A stretch of DNA of 53,334 nt, from contig JAOAJY010000001.1 of the NCBI GenBank assembly GCA_026413965.1, positions 1 through 53,334 of the forward strand, given 5' to 3'. The translations under genes were made by a program, and so were the position numbers. How positions within the stretch are numbered: the first letter of the stretch is position 1; every line of letters begins with the position of its first letter. Shown here piece by piece: positions 18,773 to 26,474 of the stretch. The notes below the pieces were generated by a model that saw only the letters and a program-made list of their open reading frames with translations, did not search any database and was not told where the DNA came from. This DNA is from Candidatus Micrarchaeota archaeon. Lineage in GTDB: Archaea; Micrarchaeota; Micrarchaeia; Anstonellales; Anstonellaceae.

Positions 18773-20329
18773 TCAGCCAACTGTCCCAAGAACCACTTTC
18801 CTAAGCTCCACAGGCTCCCAGCCCTCAAGGGCCTTTATGGCAAAGTCCAGCTTGGTTTCTGAGTTGGAGTGTATCTCAAAAAGCACATCCCCTTTTTTCA
18901 CGCTGTCCCCTCTTTCGCAGCAAAGCAGGACGCCGGCTGCCTTGTCATTGGGTGCGCCTGCCGCCCGGGCAACCTTGGAAAGCATCTTGTTGTCTATGTG
19001 GAATATCCTTCCTTGGCTTTGGGCAACCACCTTGTGCTTGTAGGCTGCAGCTGGGACATCGCCAATCTTGACGTTCTTCTTCCCTCCTTGAAGCTCCACA
19101 ATTTCTCGGAATTTGGCAAGGGCTTTGCCTGAAGATAAAATGCTTTGGGCAGCCGAAAAGCCCCTGCCTTTGGGCACCTTTCCAGCCATCTCAAGAAGCT
19201 CGCCTGCAAGCCTGCAGGATTTTTCGCGCAAGTCCCAAGGCCCTGTGTTGTTGAGCACAGAAAGCACGTCTATGCATTCAAGGGCAGGCCCCACCCCTTT
19301 GCCTATCGGCTCAGAGCCGTCAGTCACCAAAACCTCTATTTTCATCCCAAGCCTTTTCCCTATGCTTATGAAATTGGAGGCTAGCTTTTTTGCCTCTGCC
19401 TTGTCAGGTATCTTTGCGCCTCGCCCTATCGGTAAGTCAATCACCACATATTCTGCGCCTACGCTTTTTTTCTTGGCAAGAATGGAGGCAAGCATGACGC
19501 CTGTTGGGTCAAGCGAGAGCGGGTTCCTTATCTTGATCAGCTTGTCGTCTGCTGAGGCAAGCTTGAGCGCCCCTCCCCAAACCACGCAGCCCCTTGCTTT
19601 CCGGACTATTGAGCGCATTTCCTCAATATCAAGAGATACGCTGCAAAGAGTTTCCATGGTGTCCGCAGTCCCCGCAGCCGAAGTTATGGAGCGGCTTGAG
19701 GTCTTTGGGATGTAAAGGCCTGCGGCTGCCACTATAGGAACCACCACCATGGTGGTGCGGTTGCCTGCCACCCCTCCTATGCAATGCTTGTCGCATATGG
19801 GCCTTTTGCCAAGCTGCAGAGTCTGCCCGGTCTTGACCACTGCCTCGGTGAGCCCAACCACCTCATCATCGCTCATCCCCCTTATGTAAAGCGAGGTTAT
19901 GTAAGAGGCAAGCTCAGCCTCAGACAGCCGGTTCTCCATAAGCTCGCGCATTATGGTTTCAGTCTCCTGTGCAGAAAGCGGAAAGCCGTCCATTTTTTTC
20001 TTGATGAATTCTATTGAGGCTGGCCTTTGCATGTGCTTTATCTCTATCCTTTCGTCTTCGCTTGCCTCCAGCTCTTCTGCAACCTCAGAAAAAAGCATTA
20101 TCTCCCCGCGCCGCACAAGCTCTGGGGACAGGTCAATCAAAGCAACCGCCTCCTTGCCGCTTTCTGTGCGCAGTATCACGCGGTGGGAGGCATAAAGGTC
20201 GTTCTCATGGGCATCATCTTCATTGAGGACCACGATTTTGCCGCCTGCAGTCAGGTCCATGAGCCTGGCTTTGCAGAAGAATTTTTTGTATTCCCAGACT
20301 TTGTCCTTTGGGCTGACGGCAGGCTTCAT
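18773..20329 (-). CDS. deoA: AMP phosphorylase (thymidine phosphorylase family)
   Basis: N-terminal extra domain, DKHCIGGVAGNRTT, PKTSSRSITSAAGTAD, SILAKK, GSEPIG.GVGPALE. Confidence 0.93.
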   Translation of the reverse strand: MKPAVSPKDKVWEYKKFFCKARLMDLTAGGKIVVLNEDDAHENDLYASHRVILRTESGKEAVALIDLSPELVRRGEIMLFSEVAEELEASEDERIEIKHMQRPASIEFIKKKMDGFPLSAQETETIMRELMENRLSEAELASYITSLYIRGMSDDEVVGLTEAVVKTGQTLQLGKRPICDKHCIGGVAGNRTTMVVVPIVAAAGLYIPKTSSRSITSAAGTADTMETLCSVSLDIEEMRSIVRKARGCVVWGGALKLASADDKLIKIRNPLSLDPTGVMLASILAKKKSVGAEYVVIDLPIGRGAKIPDKAEAKKLASNFISIGKRLGMKIEVLVTDGSEPIGKGVGPALECIDVLSVLNNTGPWDLREKSCRLAGELLEMAGKVPKGRGFSAAQSILSSGKALAKFREIVELQGGKKNVKIGDVPAAAYKHKVVAQSQGRIFHIDNKMLSKVARAAGAPNDKAAGVLLCCERGDSVKKGDVLFEIHSNSETKLDFAIKALEGWEPVELRKVVLGTVG

Positions 20330-20377
20330 GCCCCAGCATACTCTGAAGAGATTTAAAAAGAATTAGGAATTTGCTTG

Positions 20378-20493
20378 TGTCAGCAGCAACGCGCCTTCCC
20401 GCGCCAAGCGCAGTACAAGCCACGTCGTGCAGGAGCTTAACTTCCGAGTTCGGAATGGGTTCGGGTGTTTCCCCCTGCCTATGGCCGCTGACA
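20378..20493 (-). rRNA. rrf: 5S ribosomal RNA (stand-alone)
   Basis: Minus strand: tgtcagcggccatagg...aacacccgaacccattccgaactcggaagttaag...gtactg...gggaa...gctgctgaca with paired ends; TATA-like TTAAAAA upstream; ends approximate. Confidence 0.95.
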
Positions 20494-20599
20494 AGCCTTG
20501 GATATGCTGGCAAATGTTTTTAACCATTTCCGACAAGAAAGCAGCCTGATATTTTTTTACACGAATTGACACAATATCAATTTGAGGAGGAGGTGCCCC

Positions 20600-21304
20600 A
20601 TGCAAAAAAAGAAAGAAACGCCTTATTATCTTGAGGTTCCTGCTTTGCCGAACCCCATAAGCAAAAGCAGGGCAGTATTCCTCCGCCTCTTCGGAAAGCT
20701 GGAGAAGGCAGAAGCAAGATACAAGGAAGCTTTGATTGAGCATGAGGCTTTCAAGAAAGCTTCTTTTTGGGCTTCAAAGAGGAATTATATTGAGGCAGGC
20801 AACTGCCTTCTTTACGCAGCAGAAAAAATTGGCGATGGGAAAGAGCCTTCAGAAAATCTTTCAGAAAGCCAATTTTCCCTTCTGCAAAAAGCAATAGAAT
20901 GCTACAAGAAGTGGCAAGAGTCTGAGGGAAAAAGCGCCTATGTCCTCATCAAGCTTGGGGAATGCTGCCACTACCTTAGGCAGCCCTCTGAGCATGCCAA
21001 ACATTTCGCTGAGGCAATCAGAATTTCTGGGCTAGCAAAAGCGGACAACAAGGCCCAGGCTGCCCAAAAGCTTCATGAAATCAAGCACAGCCTCCTTTTG
21101 GAGCTTTATTCGGAAGAATTCTCTTTGGAAAAGGCTTTATTTTTGATAAGAGAATTCAGGCAGACTGCCAAAAAAACAGGAAAAGACGCATCAAAAGAGG
21201 CAGAAAAGTGGCTGAACGAAACCCTGCAGGAATACGCAAATTCTGGAGGCAATGATGAGGCATGCCATGCGCTTGCTGGAAAAGGCAGGGGGAAAAGAAG
21301 GTGA
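20600..21304 (+). CDS. Hypothetical helical (TPR-like) protein
   Basis: GGAGGAGGTG RBS before ATG 20600; AGNCLLYAA, KAIECYKK and LGECCHYL segments resemble TPR helices. Confidence 0.65.
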   Translation: MQKKKETPYYLEVPALPNPISKSRAVFLRLFGKLEKAEARYKEALIEHEAFKKASFWASKRNYIEAGNCLLYAAEKIGDGKEPSENLSESQFSLLQKAIECYKKWQESEGKSAYVLIKLGECCHYLRQPSEHAKHFAEAIRISGLAKADNKAQAAQKLHEIKHSLLLELYSEEFSLEKALFLIREFRQTAKKTGKDASKEAEKWLNETLQEYANSGGNDEACHALAGKGRGKRR

Positions 21305-21346
21305 GCCCGCAACTGCTTTAAAAAACTCTAACGCGATTTTTCCATC

Positions 21347-22465
21347 ATGAATATTGCCATGTTCACAGACAGCTACCTGCCGAACACTGATGGGGTAGTG
21401 ACATCCATAATAAACTACCGGAAAGGGCTGGAAAAAGAAGGGCACCGCATGATAATTTTTGCCCCAGACTCCCCAATGGCAAAAAAAGAGGCAGGAGTTT
21501 ACCGATATGCCGCAGTGCCCTTTCCCCCTTATCCAGAATACCGCGCCGCCATTTTCCCATATGTTCCAGCAGACATTGCTAAAAAAAACAGCATTTCGCT
21601 TGTCCACTGCAAAGCCATGGTGAGCATGGGGGTCTCTGCCTTCTCCTTCGCCAACCGCGCCAAGCTGCCCTCAATAGCTTCGCTTGAGACCATGATACCA
21701 GAGGGGGCGCACTACATTGTCCCAAGCAGGACTGCCGAGAGGATAGGCAGGAAGATAGGATGGGCCTATTTGCGCTGGCTTTACCGGCATTTTGAGCTGA
21801 TAACCGCCCCTTCCAAGCATGCGCAGCGCATTTTAGCCGAAAATAAGATAGACTCTGAGATTTTGCCCTCGCCGATAGACACTGATAGGTTTTTCCCAAG
21901 CAAAAATTGCGCAGAGCTTAAAAAAAGGCTGGGCTTGGAGGGCAAGAAAGTGGCAATAGCAGTAGGCAGGGTGGTCAAGGAAAAAAACTATTCTTTCCTG
22001 GTTTCTGTGGCAAAGGAGATGAAAGACAGCGCGGCATGCTTTTTGATAGTTGGAAAAGGCCCTTATATGGATGAGCTGAAGCAGCAGGCCTGGAAAGAAG
22101 GGGTCTTTGGCATGTTCAAGTTCGCTGGATTTGTGGAAGACAGCCTGCTTCCAGACTACTACAACGCGGCAGATGCCATGATTTTCCCTTCCTCTTTTGA
22201 GACACAAGGGCTGGCGCATCTTGAGGCAATGGCTTGCGGAAAGCCTGCCTGCGTGCTTGAGGGCACCCCCATGCAGGAGGTCATAGTGGAAGGGAAAAAC
22301 GGCCGCAGCTTTCAATATGACCCAAAGGAATGCGCTGAAAAGCTTGCGGATTGCATTGAAAAATCCGGGCGCATGGCAAAGGCAGCAAGAAAGACCGCGC
22401 TTGGGTTTTCCATACCAGCCTGCACTGCCAGGCTTTTGAGGCTTTACCAAAGGCTTCTTGAATAA
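21347..22465 (+). CDS. Glycosyltransferase family 4 (GT-B)
   Basis: MNIAMFTDSYLP..DGV, VGRVVKEKN, FPSSFETQGLAHLEAMACGKP. Confidence 0.92.
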   Translation: MNIAMFTDSYLPNTDGVVTSIINYRKGLEKEGHRMIIFAPDSPMAKKEAGVYRYAAVPFPPYPEYRAAIFPYVPADIAKKNSISLVHCKAMVSMGVSAFSFANRAKLPSIASLETMIPEGAHYIVPSRTAERIGRKIGWAYLRWLYRHFELITAPSKHAQRILAENKIDSEILPSPIDTDRFFPSKNCAELKKRLGLEGKKVAIAVGRVVKEKNYSFLVSVAKEMKDSAACFLIVGKGPYMDELKQQAWKEGVFGMFKFAGFVEDSLLPDYYNAADAMIFPSSFETQGLAHLEAMACGKPACVLEGTPMQEVIVEGKNGRSFQYDPKECAEKLADCIEKSGRMAKAARKTALGFSIPACTARLLRLYQRLLE

Positions 22466-22520
22466 GACGAAAGACAAAACCTTATTAAGCACTCTATGAG
22501 AATGTAGGGCAAGTGAAACC

Positions 22521-23330
22521 ATGGTTAATATCAAATACTATTCTTATGGTTGCGCTGGGCTTGGGATATTGGGGGTGATGGGCACATACATCAGCGCAGG
22601 CAACCCCATACTCCTTTTTGTTTCCAGCTTCATGTGCCTGGTTGGGGCGGCAGGCGCAGTGGCATTCTACAAATACGGCTACTTGCTTGTCCCTCTGCTG
22701 ACTCACCGGGCCAACATAGTGCAGATTATTGAGGGGGGATGGGAGATACCGCCCAGCAACGATGTGGTGGTCAAGAATGTCGGCGGGGTTTATTACGCCT
22801 CAAAATACCTCGGTGTGAGGATTTTTGAGTCAGCCTCAGAGAAGTCTGCGGAAGAAAACATGGTTTATTCCGAGTATTTTGAGAGGGCGATTTCCTCAGT
22901 AAAATATGTGACAAAGTTTGCGATAATGGTCTATATGAAAGACATAACAGAATACAGGAACAGGATAGAGACCAAGCATGCAGAGGCTCAGCTTAGGCTT
23001 GCCCGGGAGCGCGACAAGCCCGAGCCTGATGTTTTGAAGCTTGACCGGTATGAGAAAGAGGTGGCGTCTTGGGAAAACCAGATAAACAAGCTGACTAGGG
23101 GCATAAAGCCCATGGGCTTGGTATCATATGTGATGACTACGGCTGTGGGCGTGAGCAAAGAGGCGGCAATTGCGGCAGCCACTGCGCAGGCAAACGAGCT
23201 GAAAGCCACCATATCAAATGCCTTGAATGTCCAGGTGGAAATCCTGGCTGGGGATGAGATGCTGAGGTGCTTCCAGTGGGAAGTGATGATTCCGCCCACC
23301 CCTGCTGAGCTTGAGCAGGAGCTTTTGTGA
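22521..23330 (+). CDS. Membrane protein (2 N-terminal TMs plus cytoplasmic domain with coiled coil), VirB3/VirB4-N-terminal-like; first gene of ATPase operon
   Basis: Hydrophobic residues about 9-60; coiled-coil insert; directly upstream of the ATPase; family call is inference. Confidence 0.6.
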   Translation: MVNIKYYSYGCAGLGILGVMGTYISAGNPILLFVSSFMCLVGAAGAVAFYKYGYLLVPLLTHRANIVQIIEGGWEIPPSNDVVVKNVGGVYYASKYLGVRIFESASEKSAEENMVYSEYFERAISSVKYVTKFAIMVYMKDITEYRNRIETKHAEAQLRLARERDKPEPDVLKLDRYEKEVASWENQINKLTRGIKPMGLVSYVMTTAVGVSKEAAIAAATAQANELKATISNALNVQVEILAGDEMLRCFQWEVMIPPTPAELEQELL

Positions 23331-23340
23331 AGAGGTTTTT

Positions 23341-24930
23341 ATGGGAAGACTGGTGCTTTCAGACATTGACAATGTGGATGTGGGCAAGCGGAATTTCTTC
23401 GTGCGCCCGCCAGAGCCTCCTGAAGAGGTCTTGATGAGCGACCCCACCAACTCCATCTATATTGGCAAGACCAAAATTTTCCATGTCCCTTTTTACTGGA
23501 CATTCCAGAAAACCACCAACCCGCACATCTGCGTGGTCGGAATAACCGGATCAGGAAAGTCCTATTTTGTCAAGACTTTCCTGACCAGAGCAAGCTTTGT
23601 ATGGGGGACGAATGCCTTCATAATAGACTGGGCAGGGGAATACAAAGACTGGGTAAAGCAGACAGGCGGGAAGGTCATCTCTCTTGGGAAAGGCGCGGCA
23701 ATCAACCTTCTTGACACAGCAGGCATGAAGCCAAATGACAGGATAAAGCAGGTCATGAGGACTCTGGATCTGCTCACAGACGTAAGCCGCTATCCTGAGC
23801 AGCGCAGGCTCACCGAGCTTGCAATAGAGAAAGCCTATGTGAATGCGAAATTCAAGCTGGACTCCAAAATGCAGGTTGATGGGCTAGGCAGGCCCTTGCG
23901 CCCTCCTACGCTGCGCGATGTTCAGAAGATATTGGAGGACATGAGCGAGGCAGGAACTTACGAATTTCCAGCTGAGCTTGAGAATGCGATTTACAGGATA
24001 AGGCAATTCACAAGGGAAGGCGAGGACTTTTTCGCCCAGCAATCCACCATAGACTTGGAAAAGCTCACCAAGATAGGGCTGGTTGACTTGGACCTTTCTG
24101 GCTTGCCGGATGAGACATTCAGGGGGCTTGCCGCCCTGTCAATGCTCCAATTCATAAAGGAGAAGATGCGCGAGGAAGGATGGTCGCCAACCAAGGGCTT
24201 GAAGCTGATGGTGGTCTTGGACGAGGCCTGGAAGATTGCGAAAGAGGAGAACTCCGATGCTGTGATGATTGTGCGCGAAGGAAGGAAATACCAATTCGGG
24301 CTGATTGTAGCCTCACAAAACCCCACAGACATATCCGAAGCCATATTCTCAAATGTGGGAACAACATTCATATTGCGGGTCAAATTTGAAAGGTATCTGG
24401 ACTATCTCCAATCCACCCTGAATTTCTCAGATTATCTGCGGGGAGAGATAGCCAAGATGGGAGTGGGGCAGGCAGCAGTCAATATGGCATTCCAGACGCA
24501 GGTGAATTACCCTGAGACGTTCCTGCTTGAGAAGATAGACGGCGAAGAGCCCATGCAGGAGTTCTTCTTAGACCTTGACCGCGTCCTGACGCGCGAAGAG
24601 ATGGCGATGGAGGGGGCTCAAAAGACAGTCTCCTTTGAGAAAGACGAGCTGAAAAAGAAGCTCCGGACTTACGGGATGGGCGAAGAGCAGGCCGACGAGA
24701 TTGCCCTGCTTTTCAGCAAGAAAGGCAGGCGCATTGAGATTGCATCGTTTGTGGTTCTTTTGTCCCGCTACGGAATTGCGCGCAACAACATCTCAAGCTT
24801 CCTCAAAGAGATTGGGCTGGAAGACAGCGTGGTGGTCAGCGTGCTTGCAAATGCTGATGAGCTTGAGATAAAGCTGGGGAATGATGACATAACAGAGCAC
24901 ATACTGAAAGACACTGAGAAGGCTGAGTGA
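23341..24930 (+). CDS. VirB4/HerA/FtsK-superfamily ATPase (CedB/TraC-like) with extra C-terminal domain
   Basis: NPHICVVGITGSGKS Walker A, IIDWAGEY, VVLDEAW Walker B, REGRKYQFGLIVASQNPTD; GAGGT RBS before ATG 23341. Confidence 0.88.
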   Translation: MGRLVLSDIDNVDVGKRNFFVRPPEPPEEVLMSDPTNSIYIGKTKIFHVPFYWTFQKTTNPHICVVGITGSGKSYFVKTFLTRASFVWGTNAFIIDWAGEYKDWVKQTGGKVISLGKGAAINLLDTAGMKPNDRIKQVMRTLDLLTDVSRYPEQRRLTELAIEKAYVNAKFKLDSKMQVDGLGRPLRPPTLRDVQKILEDMSEAGTYEFPAELENAIYRIRQFTREGEDFFAQQSTIDLEKLTKIGLVDLDLSGLPDETFRGLAALSMLQFIKEKMREEGWSPTKGLKLMVVLDEAWKIAKEENSDAVMIVREGRKYQFGLIVASQNPTDISEAIFSNVGTTFILRVKFERYLDYLQSTLNFSDYLRGEIAKMGVGQAAVNMAFQTQVNYPETFLLEKIDGEEPMQEFFLDLDRVLTREEMAMEGAQKTVSFEKDELKKKLRTYGMGEEQADEIALLFSKKGRRIEIASFVVLLSRYGIARNNISSFLKEIGLEDSVVVSVLANADELEIKLGNDDITEHILKDTEKAE

Positions 24931-24931
24931 T

Positions 24932-25228
24932 ATGGCAAAGACGATATTTTTCACGAAAGAGGAGCTGCGCAGGAAGCTTAGGCTCTACGGGCTGGATGAG
25001 GTGCGCATAGCAGAGATAACCAGCGTTTTTGACAAAAACAACAGGCACATAGATGTTGTGTCATTTGTCATAATGCTTGAAAGGTACGGGATACTGCGGA
25101 CGGACATATCGTCATTTTTGCACGATATTGGGATAGACGAAAGCACCATGATAAACATATTCTCCAAGGCAGATTTCACCAGGCTGGGGATGGGAAACCG
25201 CGAGATCACCCAAGTGGTTCTCGCTTAG
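24932..25228 (+). CDS. Stand-alone paralog of the ATPase C-terminal domain
   Basis: Ungapped alignment to the last ~100 aa of the upstream ATPase; 42/95 identities counted by hand. Confidence 0.85.
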   Translation: MAKTIFFTKEELRRKLRLYGLDEVRIAEITSVFDKNNRHIDVVSFVIMLERYGILRTDISSFLHDIGIDESTMINIFSKADFTRLGMGNREITQVVLA

Positions 25229-25239
25229 GGGGGTAGAAT

Positions 25240-25692
25240 ATGGCAAAGGTGTGCATAATATGCGAAAAGGAGGCCGCGCAAGGGCTTGTGGTTGAGGACG
25301 ACGCAGTCATAATCGCCATACGCAAAGTAAAAAACATGCTTGGGGTAGCGAAAAACAACCAGCTTATGGTCTGCGACCTTTGCGCTGAAAGCTACAAGCG
25401 CAAAAGGGAAAGCTATGAAAGGAACATTGTCATACACACAATAATCGCCGCTCTTGTGCTGCTGGCTTTCATACTTCTGCCGCTGTTCACCTCTGGCTTT
25501 TCCATCTGGTCGCTGGTGATGGGCGTGGTGCTTGCAGGAGTGATTATGGGCTTTTCCTTATTCTCGCATGTCCCAAAAGCATCACAAAAAAAGAATGAAG
25601 AGCCGCCCGCAAAAGAATCTGCTGGCAAGCCTGCGGAAAAGCCTTCAAAAGAAAGGAAGCCGAAGAAAAAAAGAAAATCTAAAGGTGGATGA
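25240..25692 (+). CDS. Zn-ribbon (CxxC...CxxC) protein with two TM helices and basic tail
   Basis: CIIC...CDLC, two hydrophobic helices, K-rich C-terminus; GGGGGT RBS. Confidence 0.75.
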   Translation: MAKVCIICEKEAAQGLVVEDDAVIIAIRKVKNMLGVAKNNQLMVCDLCAESYKRKRESYERNIVIHTIIAALVLLAFILLPLFTSGFSIWSLVMGVVLAGVIMGFSLFSHVPKASQKKNEEPPAKESAGKPAEKPSKERKPKKKRKSKGG

Positions 25693-26474
25693 GATTGCTT
25701 GATTTGGCAAAGCCTGAGCAAAAACAGAATCCTTCTGGCTCTCCGGCAGCCCAGCCTGCAGCCCAGGCTTCGCCCACTGTCAGCGGATTCAGGGTGCAGG
25801 CAAAGAGAACAAAAAGCGCCAAAGAGCTGTCAAACCGGTTCGCGGAGATATCTTTCCTTGAGATGATGATTGAAGGGGAAACACTTTCTGTTCTGAATGT
25901 GGAGTCGCGCGATTTGCGCAAAGAGCCTGCCTTGTTCTCAATCATCCGCTTCAAGCCCGATGTGATTGAATGCGCATACACCTGCCTTGCCAACATGAGC
26001 CCGAAAAAAAGGCAGCTGGAAGTGCTGAGGCACTTTCTCAACATGCTTACACTGGCTGAAGACTGCTATGATGTCCAAATGAAGCAGATATACCAGCTTG
26101 TTGAAAGCTCGTTTGCGGAAATGACCGAGTACGTGTCAACAGACTATGACAAGCTTTATTCGCTTTATGACAACCTCAAAACAGAGCTGAATTCCGCCCA
26201 GAAGAAATTGAAGGAGCTGGGCGAGGCGAACTCTGTCCTCTCCAAGGAGAATTATGAGCTTAAAAGCAGGAACGATGAGCTGACTTTGCGCTTGCGCTCC
26301 CTTGAGACGCTTTCCGACAGCGTCTTGCAGCTGAAAATACAGGAGTGGCTCTCAGAGCACAACGGAGAGATAAACATATCTGATTTCTCCAAAGTCTACA
26401 ATGTCCCTGAGATGCGGGTGGAGCAGATGCTCAACAAAATGGTCACCGAGGGCTACTTGGAGACCAAGGGCTGA
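25689..26474 (+). CDS. Coiled-coil protein with C-terminal winged-helix-like domain
   Basis: Heptad region about aa 150-210, then WLSEHNGEINISDFSKVYNVPEMRVEQMLNKMVTEGYL; ATGA overlap with upstream gene. Confidence 0.75.
   Translation: MRLLDLAKPEQKQNPSGSPAAQPAAQASPTVSGFRVQAKRTKSAKELSNRFAEISFLEMMIEGETLSVLNVESRDLRKEPALFSIIRFKPDVIECAYTCLANMSPKKRQLEVLRHFLNMLTLAEDCYDVQMKQIYQLVESSFAEMTEYVSTDYDKLYSLYDNLKTELNSAQKKLKELGEANSVLSKENYELKSRNDELTLRLRSLETLSDSVLQLKIQEWLSEHNGEINISDFSKVYNVPEMRVEQMLNKMVTEGYLETKG

Noticed and set aside
20220-20743. 97-aa and 126-aa minus-strand ORFs
   Set aside because: They are translations through the 5S rRNA gene
23311-23341. Possible +1 frameshift (AGGAG-CTT-TTG-TGA) fusing the 269-aa gene to the ATPase
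   Set aside because: The +1 frame is open only from about 23290, and the ATPase has its own GAGGT RBS and ATG at 23341; separate translation is simpler
23341-24930. ATPase as DNA-repair HerA or an anti-phage HerA system
   Set aside because: No N-terminal HAS barrel and no nurA/mre11/rad50 or Sir2 partner; neighbours are membrane proteins
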